This document shows positions 49,775 through 60,577 of a stretch of DNA of 64,000 bases, piece by piece. The stretch is from the NCBI GenBank assembly GCA_963745835.1, contig CAVUZH010000016.1, forward strand, positions 224,001 to 288,000. The letters are read 5' to 3'. The DNA comes from an uncultured delta proteobacterium. Its GTDB lineage: Bacteria > Desulfobacterota > Binatia > UBA9968. Each line of letters starts with the position of its first letter. Position 1 is the first letter of the stretch. A program made the translations under genes and the position numbers. A model generated the notes under the pieces. It saw nothing but the letters and a program-made list of their open reading frames with translations, was not told where the DNA came from and did not search any database.

Positions 49775-50422
49775 ATGACCAGGTTCAAACGTTTTTGCTC
49801 GCTCAAGCTAGGATTAGCATTGGGATTGACCCTGCTGCTTGTTGGATGTGTGGCCGGACCGACATTGCACGAAACGCGGCGCGGCGAGAGTGTGCCCGGG
49901 CCAGACACGACTCTACAGGCTGGTGAAATGAGAGCCGAAGTGGTCCAGGTTACCCCGAACCGAAACGAGATCCAGGTTCGAGCCGATGATAATCGCACCC
50001 GAGTACTGAGATATGATCCCTCTAGAACAAAAGTCACCTATCAGGGCCGGGACTATTCTGTCGAAAACCTTGAGGCCGGCGATATCATCGCCTTCCAGAC
50101 TTTCGGTCGCGACAGCACTATCGACACGATTCGCGTCCAGCAGCCAGTCCAAGCGCGGGCGACGTCAACTCCCGCCCGGCCCGGATCCGGTCTCACCAGG
50201 GGCGAAGTGCTCGAAGGCACAGTCGATAGAATCGACTACAATCGCGGCATCTTCGATGTAAGAACCCGGGACCGCGGCGTCATTACCGTCGCTTTGCCTT
50301 TCAATGCGAGGACATCCGACGTCGATGCATTTCGCCGTCTACGCAATGGCGACAGCGTAAGATTGGAGGGAGAGTTCGTTAATCGCGATAATTTCCAAGT
50401 CTCGTCGATAAGCAATCGCTAG
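49775..50422 (+). CDS. lipoprotein with two OB-like beta repeats
   Basis: AAGGAGGT RBS; lipobox LLLVGC; repeated pattern ending L..GD.I/V. Confidence 0.75.
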   Translation: MTRFKRFCSLKLGLALGLTLLLVGCVAGPTLHETRRGESVPGPDTTLQAGEMRAEVVQVTPNRNEIQVRADDNRTRVLRYDPSRTKVTYQGRDYSVENLEAGDIIAFQTFGRDSTIDTIRVQQPVQARATSTPARPGSGLTRGEVLEGTVDRIDYNRGIFDVRTRDRGVITVALPFNARTSDVDAFRRLRNGDSVRLEGEFVNRDNFQVSSISNR

Positions 50423-50451
50423 CTCCTAGGCTGGCGATTCCTGCGCTGAGA

Positions 50452-50886
50452 TCATTTCAGCGCCTTCTTTAAGGCGCGCATCGCGTTATCCGCGTCGGTC
50501 GCGTTATCGAACGCAAGGTAAGTCACCATGCGCCGTCCCAGCGCCGCAGCCGAGACGCCGCGCAGGTTTATACCTGCATCGCTCAGCGCCCGAGTCAACT
50601 TCGTTCCCAGACCGGGCTTGTCCGGACCTTCAACCCGAACTGAATGCAGGCTGTCGGTAGTGCTCAATCCCGCGCTCTGAGCCGCATTCTTCTGCTTTGT
50701 TCCTTTCACCGGAGTTAGAAAAACCACCCCGGTTCCTGGCCGATCGGGAGCGCGGCGCGAAACAAGGAATTCCAAGTTGGCGCCCGCGTTGCTCAACGCC
50801 TCCACCGTCGCGCCTAGCCCACCCGGACGATCGGCGATCTCCCCGGCCCATACATCTACCTTCTTTATCGTGTATGCCATACTCAT
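50452..50886 (-). CDS. tandem ACT-domain protein
   Basis: ADRPGGL...GANLE and PDKPGLG...GINL. Confidence 0.85.
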   Translation of the reverse strand: MSMAYTIKKVDVWAGEIADRPGGLGATVEALSNAGANLEFLVSRRAPDRPGTGVVFLTPVKGTKQKNAAQSAGLSTTDSLHSVRVEGPDKPGLGTKLTRALSDAGINLRGVSAAALGRRMVTYLAFDNATDADNAMRALKKALK

Positions 50887-50992
50887 TCTCCCTTTTTTGT
50901 TGGTGCGCCAAATCTAGCCGCTCATACCATCTGGCAAAAGAGTCTGTCAAATCGGCAACCGGGTTAGCGCTGCACTTCCACAACCGTCGAGC

Positions 50993-52357
50993 CTACGATC
51001 TGTTTGCTCCAATTAGCAACCGGCACAGCGGCCGGATATCTTCCAAAGTTTCCAAATGCTCGACGTCCTCGATAATGCGTTCAATAGAACTGCCATCGAG
51101 TGCTTCGCGCGCGCAACCAACAAATTTTTGTTTAAGTTCTTCGGCAGTCATGGGAGCTTCGCGGCTGCCTTTGGCGTAATCGATCTGCCGGGAAAAGCTC
51201 CGGCCGTCGCGCAGACGAATCGTGACCTTGCACGGACGGCTGCCTAGAGCAGTCGGTTGAAGATCGGCATCGAGGTGCATCTGAACCTTTTCAGCCAAAC
51301 GCAAAACATTGTCATCCCTAACTGCCGAATCGGTAAATGCGTCTAGGAAGAGCCTTCCATCGATGATTGCGCGCGCCAACAGATAAGGCATGGAAAATTT
51401 ACCCTGCAAGCCGTTTTCAGGGACGCGAAAAACAATTCTTTCAAACGTATGCCGCGCCACGCCAACATCGATGGACTCGATCATCTCAGCGGTGATCCCA
51501 TGCTTGGTCTTGAACTCGAGCACGCCGTCGATGGCTGGATGTGTCAGGCCGCCGCAGGGATAAGGCTTGATCCTGATGCCGCTGTTGATCAACTCGTACA
51601 CCGTTCCCAACTCTTCGAGCGGGCGCTTGTCCGGCTCTGCTCCGGGATAAAATACTTCATAAAAGCCCAGCCCCGCTTCGATTGCCTGTTTGTTGGCGGT
51701 AAAACCGGATTGCGCCAGCTTGGCTGCCATCACTCCATTTCTCGCACCAAGCCCGACGTGCAACGGTTTGGACATCGTGCCGAAATTACACACCAAGCCG
51801 CTGGCCATCGATGCCGCTGTGCCCAGCGTCATTTCTACTTGAGACTGGTTGAGCCCGTGCAGTTTAGCGCAGGCCACGCCGGCGCCGAACGAACCGAAGC
51901 TTGATGGCGGATGCCAGCCGTCTTCGGAGCGCTGCCGCAGCGACATAACTAATTTCGTAATCGTTTCGAAACCTGCGACGTAAGCCTCAAGGCAGCGGCG
52001 GCCGCTGCTGCCGAGCGATTCTCCCAAAGATATTATCGCCGGAATGATCGGCGCCGTGGGTTGACCCATCAGCGTAAAGCTGTGATCGAAATCGAGCGCG
52101 TGCGCGGCTGTGCCATTGGCAAAAGCCGCATGCATTGCCGATGACTTAAATCCCTGTCCAATGACGCTGGACTCTTCCTTTGCGTGCTCCTGGCGGGCGA
52201 TTTCGGCGCAGATCCTGGCGCTGGATTCTTTGCTACCCGCCAATGCCACTCCAAGACAATCGAGCACCGCTGTTTTTGCCAGCTTAATCGCTTCCGACGG
52301 AATTTTTTGGAATTCAGTCTCGAGTACGAACCGGGCAATTCTCGCCGTCGCGTCCAT
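50993..52357 (-). CDS. MmgE/PrpD family protein
   Basis: LDCLGVALAG, AHALDFD, GWHP, KPLHVG, IKPYPCG, GKFSMPY; start trimmed to ATG 52357 after GGAGGT. Confidence 0.93.
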   Translation of the reverse strand: MDATARIARFVLETEFQKIPSEAIKLAKTAVLDCLGVALAGSKESSARICAEIARQEHAKEESSVIGQGFKSSAMHAAFANGTAAHALDFDHSFTLMGQPTAPIIPAIISLGESLGSSGRRCLEAYVAGFETITKLVMSLRQRSEDGWHPPSSFGSFGAGVACAKLHGLNQSQVEMTLGTAASMASGLVCNFGTMSKPLHVGLGARNGVMAAKLAQSGFTANKQAIEAGLGFYEVFYPGAEPDKRPLEELGTVYELINSGIRIKPYPCGGLTHPAIDGVLEFKTKHGITAEMIESIDVGVARHTFERIVFRVPENGLQGKFSMPYLLARAIIDGRLFLDAFTDSAVRDDNVLRLAEKVQMHLDADLQPTALGSRPCKVTIRLRDGRSFSRQIDYAKGSREAPMTAEELKQKFVGCAREALDGSSIERIIEDVEHLETLEDIRPLCRLLIGANRS

Positions 52358-52401
52358 GACACCTCCGATCTTTTCGTCGCACACCCGCTGCTTTGCCAGT
52401 G

Positions 52402-53460
52402 TTACTTGGCCATAAATTTTCTTACCTGCTGCACGATTTCAGGCGGTTGATCCAATACCTCCTTGATCAAAGCTTCCAATTCCTCGCCGGAGGTATAATC
52501 GACTTCCATCTTGGCTTTCTTGGCATCGTCTAAAAGTTCTGGATCTTTCAAGGCCCTGACGAAAGATTCACGAAGAATCTTCACCCGCTCCGGCGGCGTG
52601 CCTGGTGTCACCAAGAACGGGCGGCCGAACTCACCGCCGGACAACATGGCTTGGACAATGCGGCGATTGTTGCCGGGAACTTTGAATTCCTCGAGGATCT
52701 CGTAGATCGTCGGCGCTTCCGAGGCGCGCGGATCACGTTTGCGTCCGGTTTGCAGCAAGTGGCGATCGAACCCCTTCTTGTGCCAGCTATTGAAGGGTTC
52801 GCGGCCGAAATGGGCCGCCAAGGTATGAGCGCGGCAAGCGATCTCACCTTTCTCCACCGCCAAATCCGCCTCATTTCCGCCCGGATAGCCTAAAACAGAA
52901 TTGATGTTCGCGCCCAAAGTTAGTTCCAGAATTTTTGCAACCAGGTAATCGGAACTTGTTGTACCGGAACCGCCGCAACTGGGCGGCTGTTTCGCTTTGA
53001 CAATATCGCCGATGGTCTTGAACGGCGTGTCGGCGCGCATGTAGAAAATGATTGAATCCTGCGATGCCGAACCGATCCAGTGAAACTTTCGCAAGTCGAA
53101 CTGCACTTCCTTGCGCTCGACCAATTGCTCGATGTAGATGCTGTTATTCGGCAACACCATGCTTAACCCATCCGGTTTAGCCACCGCATACACATAGTTA
53201 GTCGCGGTTAAAGAACCCGCGCCCGGCATGTTTTGCACGATCACTTCAGGATTACCGGCAATTTGTTTGCCCCAATAACGCGCGAGCAGGCGTCCCCATA
53301 GGTCATAAAAACTTCCCGGCGTCGATCCGACCATGATGCGGATGGTTTTGCCTTTGTAGAAGTCAGCTTGTGCCAATACAGCAGAATCAAACAGTGGCAG
53401 CGCCGCCAACGCGGCGGTTAAAACAAGCACTGAGAAAACTTTTGGACTATGACGCTTCAC
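52402..53460 (-). CDS. Bug/TctC tripartite tricarboxylate transporter substrate-binding protein
   Basis: Signal peptide; FYKGKTIRI, VQNMPGAGSL, KPDGL, GRPF..PGTPPER. Confidence 0.9.
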   Translation of the reverse strand: MKRHSPKVFSVLVLTAALAALPLFDSAVLAQADFYKGKTIRIMVGSTPGSFYDLWGRLLARYWGKQIAGNPEVIVQNMPGAGSLTATNYVYAVAKPDGLSMVLPNNSIYIEQLVERKEVQFDLRKFHWIGSASQDSIIFYMRADTPFKTIGDIVKAKQPPSCGGSGTTSSDYLVAKILELTLGANINSVLGYPGGNEADLAVEKGEIACRAHTLAAHFGREPFNSWHKKGFDRHLLQTGRKRDPRASEAPTIYEILEEFKVPGNNRRIVQAMLSGGEFGRPFLVTPGTPPERVKILRESFVRALKDPELLDDAKKAKMEVDYTSGEELEALIKEVLDQPPEIVQQVRKFMAK

Positions 53461-53631
53461 AAAACCTCCTGCCGAGAGTTGCGCGAGAATATTTGATGGC
53501 GGTAGGTGACATGATGGGATTGCTGGTTGCGTCGCCGGAGTTCACGCGTGCTTGAGCCCGTGGGCGACTCTCATCATGAGAGCTCTGAGTTGCCAGACAA
53601 CTTTCGAACCCTGCCTTATCAGCCGTCAGGT

Positions 53632-54363
53632 TTACGGCTTCATTCCCGAAAAGGAATTAACCGTAGCGTGAAGATTGCGGGCGAAGTCAGTGGCCGCCTG
53701 GGTGTTCATATTGAAAGCAGATCGACCATACTCCTTGACCGCCATCAAAGCGGGGAGCGGCGTCTGTTTCAGCCGCTCCACTAATTTGCCCACTGCCGCA
53801 TCGAGTTCCGCGGCCGGCACGACATCGCTGACGATGCCGAACATAAGGGCCTTATTGGCATCGATCTCCTGGGTTGAATAGATCAGGTAAGTCGCCGCTT
53901 TGCGCGGCACGCGGTCGACCAGCCCCGACATCGCGATCGTCGGCATGATATTGTGCGCCATCTCCGGTAACTGAAACCGCGCCTTGTCGCTGGCAATGGT
54001 GATATCGCATAAAGCCGCCAGCGCACAGCCCAATCCTGCGGCGCGGCCGTGAACAACGCCGATGATCGGCACTTTGGAACGCCGAAACGCGTCGTATAAA
54101 TCGAAGATCGTATCGGCTCTCTCGCGCATTTGATAAGCTTCGAGCGCCGGACCGGGTTTGCCCATCGCTTCGCGGCCCAGGCAAAAGTCCTCGCCCGCGC
54201 CTTTGAATAAGATCAGCCGCGACTCCCTCGCAGCATTGTCGATCATCTGAGCCAGCTGAGCCAAAGTCGCATCGTCCTGCCGGTTGCCGATATCAGGCCG
54301 GTTCAAGGTAAGGGTGGTCACGTCCGCGTCTCTTTGCTTAAGGATGTAGTCTGCCATGGTCAT
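53632..54363 (-). CDS. enoyl-CoA hydratase/isomerase family protein
   Basis: LTLNRPD, DFCLG, VHGRAAGLG, FQLPEM. Confidence 0.9.
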   Translation of the reverse strand: MTMADYILKQRDADVTTLTLNRPDIGNRQDDATLAQLAQMIDNAARESRLILFKGAGEDFCLGREAMGKPGPALEAYQMRERADTIFDLYDAFRRSKVPIIGVVHGRAAGLGCALAALCDITIASDKARFQLPEMAHNIMPTIAMSGLVDRVPRKAATYLIYSTQEIDANKALMFGIVSDVVPAAELDAAVGKLVERLKQTPLPALMAVKEYGRSAFNMNTQAATDFARNLHATVNSFSGMKP

Positions 54364-54441
54364 CGCCTCCGTAACTTCGATGAACCCGACTCTAGAAGCC
54401 TCGAGCGCATTTTGTCAACGAAATCTTCCAGTCGTCTCTGA

Positions 54442-55662
54442 TCATGAGCACCTGATCGTTTGCTTCACGATCCAAGCGATTCGCTCTACGTGTTCCAAGC
54501 TGACGTCGGGCCCGCAAGGCAGCTCAACCAGATTCATCCAGATTTTCTCGGCATGGGGAAACGATCGCACCGCCAACTGCCGGTAAGGCGCAAGCAGGTG
54601 GATCGGGATATAACTACCTTGAACTTCGAAACCGGCGCCGCGGAGGGAGGCAATCAGATCTGAGGCTGGATCGTGCCCCGGATATTTAGGCATGATTCGA
54701 ATGACTTGGGTTAGGCATGCAGAGCCTGCTCGGTGCGGCACCAATATCAAATGTTCATTTCCCAGCAATCCTTGATAGGCGCGAACGCGCAATCGGCGCG
54801 CGGCTAAATTGTCTTGCAAACTTTTCATCAGACTCGAAGCGACCGCGGCGTTGAGATTGGACATGGATTCTTTTCGATACTGCGCCGGCAGTGACTGAGG
54901 ATCTGTAGCTGCCGAATCGGATAAAGCTTCATGGAGCGGCACCGACCAGCGCCTCCAGCGATGCCAGATCAGGGTCGATGAAAGACTTCGCAGCGCGGCA
55001 GTAAAATCGGCTGCAGCCAAAGCGAATTCAGCAGCGCGTTCAAGGACTTCTCGGTGTCGCGCGACAAACACCCCGCCACCGGAGCCAGAGCAAACCTTCT
55101 CGTTGCCGAAACTTAAAATCCCAGCATCGCCGAACGTCCCTAGCTTCCGGCCATCTAAGCTCGCGCCCAGCGCCTGGGCGGCGTCGTCGATGACTCGGAT
55201 GTCTCGTCCGCGTGTCAGATCGATAATGGAATCTATTTCCACAGGATTACCAAAAAGATGCGGCACGATAATCGCCCGGGTCGTTTTACTTAATGCCGGC
55301 TCGACGGTCGCTGCCGTGAGATTGAGGTCCTCTCCGACATCGGCCAATACGGGGTAGGCGCCAACTGCTAAGATAGGTGAGATAATGCTTGTGCAGCAAA
55401 ACGCCGGAACCACCACTTCATCGCCTGATTTCACGTCACAGGATCGCAACGCAAGTTCGAGGGCGAGGCTACCGGAGCCGCACAGAATGGCATCTTGGAC
55501 GTCTAGTTCTTGCGCGATCCAAGATTTCAGCTCGGCAAGGTCCGGCCCAACGATAACCTGGCCCGAGAGCAGGCAACGAACGATTGCCCGAAAGGTCGCG
55601 CCACTCCAGAACGGAGTGGCAAGAGGCACGTGATAAGGCCGGGGAAGCAAATTCACGATCAA
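54442..55662 (-). CDS. DegT/DnrJ/EryC1/StrS PLP aminotransferase
   Basis: GDEVVVPAF, IIVPHLFG, IDDAAQALG, SFGNEK. Confidence 0.88.
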   Translation of the reverse strand: MIVNLLPRPYHVPLATPFWSGATFRAIVRCLLSGQVIVGPDLAELKSWIAQELDVQDAILCGSGSLALELALRSCDVKSGDEVVVPAFCCTSIISPILAVGAYPVLADVGEDLNLTAATVEPALSKTTRAIIVPHLFGNPVEIDSIIDLTRGRDIRVIDDAAQALGASLDGRKLGTFGDAGILSFGNEKVCSGSGGGVFVARHREVLERAAEFALAAADFTAALRSLSSTLIWHRWRRWSVPLHEALSDSAATDPQSLPAQYRKESMSNLNAAVASSLMKSLQDNLAARRLRVRAYQGLLGNEHLILVPHRAGSACLTQVIRIMPKYPGHDPASDLIASLRGAGFEVQGSYIPIHLLAPYRQLAVRSFPHAEKIWMNLVELPCGPDVSLEHVERIAWIVKQTIRCS

Positions 55663-55871
55663 ACAAGAGCAAACAGAACGGCTGCCAAGTTTAAGACCGA
55701 TTCAATCGCTGCAAACACTCCTTGACGAGAAATATTTCCGTTCGTGGCGTAACGTCAGCTCCGCTGAGGCAGCAGTTTTACTGCAATCGGAAACTGTTCG
55801 GCTCCGGTCTCGATAATGCGCGCGCGATCGAGCGTGATCGTATTCAGCGCATCCGTGCGATGCAGGCGAGC

Positions 55872-56246
55872 TTAATGTTTCGACTGACTGCCGGCTGTAG
55901 TGACCGTGATATGTGACATCGGTGTATCTGCCGTGGCGCCATGCCAGTGCCGTTCACCGGCCTTGATGTGCACGACATCACCAACTGTGATCTCACGCTG
56001 CTCTTTTTCGTTTGCTATCGAACCCCGTCCCGCAGTTACCACCAGAATCTGATCGCAATCATGAGTGTGCCACCCGGTGGTAGCACCCTGCCGGAAGTTC
56101 ACGACGTTACATCGAAAATTATCGGAATCAGCTTCACCAATAATTGCTTGACGCGTGCGGCTCACCTCTCCTCCCGACCATCCGGGCACAGGTGTCGCTG
56201 CGTTCATCGGCTTTTCCGGTAACTCGGCAATTTTGAGTACACGCAT
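55872..56246 (-). CDS. cupin domain protein
   Basis: WHTHDCDQ...GERHWHG; AAGGAGG RBS. Confidence 0.9.
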   Translation of the reverse strand: MRVLKIAELPEKPMNAATPVPGWSGGEVSRTRQAIIGEADSDNFRCNVVNFRQGATTGWHTHDCDQILVVTAGRGSIANEKEQREITVGDVVHIKAGERHWHGATADTPMSHITVTTAGSQSKH

Positions 56247-56795
56247 TTACGCCTCCTTAAAATCAATGTACTTCACCTAAGACCAAGGCAGATCACAACT
56301 ACACCGCCGCAAACCGACCCGTCAAGAAATCTATCGCTAATAATTTAGCTGATCTACTAATTGACACTGGCCACTAGTTGAGACGAGGCCAGTTTACTTT
56401 CGCGCGAGTTCTCAAAGCGCCTTCTCCCAACGGGCACTTGCTTTTCCAACTGCTCGGGCGTCGTGCCTCGTTCGACATACCAGCGCTTGAAAGCATAGTC
56501 GCTACCGTGCTGCCGGAATCGACTCTCGAGGATTGATCCCCAGTTGAAATGAAATCTATCAACTAACCGCCGCACCGGCACGGCGAGCCTAAAGCGCGGT
56601 GCTCGCGCCGTTGGCAGGCGCCAACTTCATCGTCAAAAGAGATCGAAAATGAGTGCCAATCCCAGCGACTGCCAAATTTGACATCATAGCGCGTCGGAAA
56701 GATACTCCGTAGTCTTCGAAATTTCCACAACAATGCGTCATTTTCTGGGCAAAAGATTGAAGCTTTCACCGGCTCATGCTAATAATGCTCGATTT

Positions 56796-57770
56796 ATGAA
56801 AACGTCAGACTTAACTCATGTAGCTCGCACGTTCGTCCAGTGGTTCGATTCTGAGCATCTCGACCCAGCTGAGGTTAACGATGGTCGCGATGTCGACCGG
56901 ATCAATTGGCTCCGAACCTTGCCGTTTGTGATCTTACACTTTGGTTGCTTGGCGGTGTTCTGGGTCGGCTGGAGTTCTGTTGCGGTGCAGACCGCGCTCG
57001 TCATGTACCTGGTTCGAATGTTCGCTATAACCGGCATCTACCATCGCTATTTCGCACACAGAACTTTTCGCACTTGGCGTTGGGCGCAGTTCGCATTTGC
57101 TGTTCTCGGTGCCTCGTCGGCGCAACGGGGCCCTCTTTGGTGGGCGGCGCATCACAGGAACCATCATCGCGAGTCAGATTTGCAAGCCGATCCACACTCT
57201 CCGATTCAGTATGGTTTTCTCCGCTCGCACGCCGGCTGGTTCATGTGCAACCGCTACTATGCGACTCAATACAAACGGATCCAGGACTTTGCGCGGTTTC
57301 CTGAACTGGTCTGGTTGAATCGTTACGACAAAGCGGTTCCGTTTGTGTTGGGATTCGCTCTCTACCTAACCGGCGCTTGGCTGGAGCGATCAGCGCCCTC
57401 CCTGGGTGTCACCGGCCTTCAATTGTTCGTTTGGGGATTCGTGGTAAGCACCACGGTGTTGTTTCATGCCACCGCCAGCATCAATTCCATCGCGCATCTG
57501 ATTGGCAGCCGTCGATACGACACCAAAGATCAAAGCCGAAATAACTTACTACTAGCGTTGATTACACTTGGAGAAGGTTGGCACAACAACCATCATCAGC
57601 ATATGGGTTGTACCCGACAGGGATTCTACTGGTGGGAAATCGACCTCACGTACTATGTTTTGAAGCTTATGTCGTGGACTGGACTGATCTGGGACTTAAA
57701 GCCGGTACCGGCTAAAGCTTACAATCTCTCAGAACAGCTACCAATAAAGCGAATCGCATCGGCCGCGTGA
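56796..57770 (+). CDS. acyl-CoA/lipid delta-9 desaturase
   Basis: His boxes HRYFAH, HRNHH, HNNHH; DPHSP; start trimmed to ATG 56796. Confidence 0.93.
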   Translation: MKTSDLTHVARTFVQWFDSEHLDPAEVNDGRDVDRINWLRTLPFVILHFGCLAVFWVGWSSVAVQTALVMYLVRMFAITGIYHRYFAHRTFRTWRWAQFAFAVLGASSAQRGPLWWAAHHRNHHRESDLQADPHSPIQYGFLRSHAGWFMCNRYYATQYKRIQDFARFPELVWLNRYDKAVPFVLGFALYLTGAWLERSAPSLGVTGLQLFVWGFVVSTTVLFHATASINSIAHLIGSRRYDTKDQSRNNLLLALITLGEGWHNNHHQHMGCTRQGFYWWEIDLTYYVLKLMSWTGLIWDLKPVPAKAYNLSEQLPIKRIASAA

Positions 57771-57870
57771 GCCAGCCGTAAACCAATCCGCTCCGAAGCC
57801 CCACTCAATAGTTCAAACGAACTTCAGATTGTCGAATTAGCGTAGCCGAGCACCGAGAGATTTCTCGTTG

Positions 57871-58227
57871 TCACACAGCCGGCGGCATGCCTGTCGAAGA
57901 CATCTCCACCCTCAGAGTAAAGATGCGTTTTTGCGCCTTATCGATCGCTCCGACACCGAGACTCTGCCGGGAAACCAATTTGCCGGATTCATCACGAACT
58001 TCCATCAAGATGAAGTATTCAAGCGCTTCGCCTGAGCCTGGGTGATTGATCGTACCTTCGACTGAAAGCGGGCACTCCGTAGGATTGGAAGATGCTTCTG
58101 CAGCGGCGGAGCCGAACTTGAGCACGTGTCGGCAAAGCGGGCACGACACCGAACTTTTCAGGATCGTAGCTTTGCAATGCGGGCAGCTGCGGGATTCTCC
58201 CGCAGCTGAGATACGTCCCGCTTTCAT
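57871..58227 (-). CDS. zinc-ribbon hypothetical protein
   Basis: CPHC-X10-CPLC plus a beta-rich C-terminus; ATGA overlap with the bactofilin gene. Confidence 0.75.
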   Translation of the reverse strand: MKAGRISAAGESRSCPHCKATILKSSVSCPLCRHVLKFGSAAAEASSNPTECPLSVEGTINHPGSGEALEYFILMEVRDESGKLVSRQSLGVGAIDKAQKRIFTLRVEMSSTGMPPAV

Positions 58228-58727
58228 TGATTGGTTCCATTTTTTGCGTTCTCAAGAGCTCGGCCATTAACAAACTTTGCCGCCTGTGCTTCGCTCCAGC
58301 CGAATTCTACATGGCCGCGCATCCGCGAACCGGCTGCCACGGTTAAGGTGGTCGCTTTGAGGTCGCCGATTAGCTGACCGGATTCCAGCAGCTTCACCTG
58401 CGCGCTCGCGACCACATTGCCTTCCACCTCGCCGGCTATGGTAACGGTTATCGCGCTGATTTTCGCCGACAGGTGCGCGCCCCTTTCGATATTCACGTCG
58501 CCTTTGACTTGAATATCGCCTTTGAACTTGCCGGCAATGCGCAGGTCGGCATCACCTTCAATCTTTCCCTCGATCGCAACGCCGGGTCCAAATACGGATT
58601 CGCGACGATCCTTGGAGGTGTGTTCACGCGGCGCATGGCTCGGGGTTACCGGGGCGATGGGCGGGGTGTGCTCGACATGCAGCTTCTCACCGTTATCCTC
58701 TTGCATGGGTTGATTCCAAAGTGCCAT
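58224..58727 (-). CDS. bactofilin (polymer-forming cytoskeletal protein)
   Basis: IEGKIEG..DLRIAGKFKGDI...VTIAGEVEGNV...GDL beta-helix; AAGGAGGT RBS. Confidence 0.93.
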   Translation of the reverse strand: MALWNQPMQEDNGEKLHVEHTPPIAPVTPSHAPREHTSKDRRESVFGPGVAIEGKIEGDADLRIAGKFKGDIQVKGDVNIERGAHLSAKISAITVTIAGEVEGNVVASAQVKLLESGQLIGDLKATTLTVAAGSRMRGHVEFGWSEAQAAKFVNGRALENAKNGTNQ

Positions 58728-59291
58728 AGAACCTCCTTAATGTTTGATGACAGCGCACGACAATGATGAACTGAAGCTTAGAGCCAAAACTTTTCCAAAC
58801 CGACGCAATGGAGGTGCCAGCTGTCAATTGCAGGACAGTTGAGCGTCCCGAGACGTCACACCGTTCGCGAACTCGGCTCGGCTAAGGCACGCACAAAGAC
58901 TTTTGGGAGCGTGAGGTCGCGTTACTTAGAGGAAGCTCAGACAAGCCCACTTAAGCTGTTCGAAAAAACGTAGCGCTCGCAAGGTTGCTAGACGCTCCAC
59001 AAATGTCGCCGCAAAGCTAGATTTGTACACAGGACCGCGCGGCGCTGAGCGGCTCTAATCTTGGAAATTTCTCATCGACAAGATTGAACCAATCAAAATC
59101 GAAGTGTTGCGGAATTGCAGGAGCCCGTGTGCGCGAGCGATATGTTTGTCAATCTCCGGATCGCGATTCACATTTGACAACCGAGGAACGGCGCTGTACC
59201 GCTAGCCATAGCAAGACCGGCATTCTATTGAAGAGCGGATTTCACGAAGAAATTTTTATTGCTCCGGTTCACTAACGCATCGAGGTACGAT

Positions 59292-60380
59292 CTGAAAATC
59301 ACCGAGGTCCAAGCAACATTGCATCGAGTTCCTGTGGAAGTGCCGTTGCTGTCGGAGAAAATCACTACGTCGGTGCTTTTCGCCAGGGTCGAAACCGACG
59401 AGGGCATTACCGGTTATGGTCTTACGCGCGGCGCGCAACGATTTGGGCTAAGAGAATTCGTCAATCGCGAGCTCGCGCCGTTCCTGCGCGACAAGAATCC
59501 ATTGGAAACCGAACGCGTTTGGCAGCAGCTCTACACCGCTTTTAATCCACGGGGACAAACCGGTATGTGGAGTTCGGCAGTAAGCGCCATCGACATTGCG
59601 CTTTGGGACATCAAAGGGAAAAAGTATAACGAACCGGTCTGGCGCTTGCTTGGCGGCGCGCATAATCCAGTGCAGTCGTACGTAACTTTTGGCCTCAAGC
59701 AATACAGCACAGAACAGTTGATTGAGGTGGCCAAACAGGTAGTTGCCCAAGGGGAGAAGCGACTCAAAATGGTCGTTGCCGTCGATCCCGAAAATCCCGG
59801 CGTCGACGCGGCGCGCGTGCGCGCTGTGCGTCAAGCGGTTGGAGATGAAGTGGAATTGATGATCGATGCCAATTACCTTTTTTCATTTAATCGCGCGCTG
59901 GAGCTTTGCAAGCTGGTTGAGCCCTATAACATCACCTGGTTTGAAGAACCGGTTTATCAGAATGACGCCCTGCTGCTCGCCGACTTGCGCCGACATACAT
60001 CGATCCCGATCGCTGCCGGGCAAAACGAAGGGCATCGATATCGTCATCGAGAACTGATTGTCAATCGTGGTGTCGACATCGCGCAGCCCAACGTTTGTTC
60101 GGTGGGCGGTTATACTGAAGCAGTGAAGGTTGCTGCGCTGGCACAAGCGTTCAATTTGCCCATCGCTAACGGCGGTGGTTGGCCGCACCACAACATGCAT
60201 CTGCAGGCGGCGATGTCGAACGGCTGGCGTGTCGAGTTTCATTTTGAAATGTGGGGTATCGGCGACAAGATCTACAAAGAGCCGCCAGCCCCGGATCAAG
60301 GCTGGGTTACGCTGCCGGAAACACCCGGTTTAGGATTAGAACCGCGTTGGGACGCGCTAAAAGAATTCGAAGAAAAATAG
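59292..60380 (+). CDS. mandelate racemase/muconate lactonizing enzyme family protein
   Basis: KITEV, SAIDIALWDIKGK, MIDAN, WFEEP, PGLGLE; probable start CTG 59292 after GAGG (track start 59259). Confidence 0.92.
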   Translation: MKITEVQATLHRVPVEVPLLSEKITTSVLFARVETDEGITGYGLTRGAQRFGLREFVNRELAPFLRDKNPLETERVWQQLYTAFNPRGQTGMWSSAVSAIDIALWDIKGKKYNEPVWRLLGGAHNPVQSYVTFGLKQYSTEQLIEVAKQVVAQGEKRLKMVVAVDPENPGVDAARVRAVRQAVGDEVELMIDANYLFSFNRALELCKLVEPYNITWFEEPVYQNDALLLADLRRHTSIPIAAGQNEGHRYRHRELIVNRGVDIAQPNVCSVGGYTEAVKVAALAQAFNLPIANGGGWPHHNMHLQAAMSNGWRVEFHFEMWGIGDKIYKEPPAPDQGWVTLPETPGLGLEPRWDALKEFEEK

Positions 60381-60577
60381 CGGCAGCATACATGCTTGTG
60401 AATTGCACCTTACTCATACCTACGGAGAGAGCTTTGTTTGCTTCGATTTAATTGCTGTACCGCAAGTATCAGAACTTACCCTCCAAAAATATCTCGTTAA
60501 GCTGGCTCTACCATACTGCCGCGGAAGCAGTCTATGCAGCCATACCGCTGGCGGGCACAGTTATCACGTTATCAGTT

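Noticed and set aside
56357-56581. Possible remnant of a gene C-terminus (HGSDYAFKRWYVERGTTPEQLE)
   Set aside because: Too short to assign without a search, and no credible start
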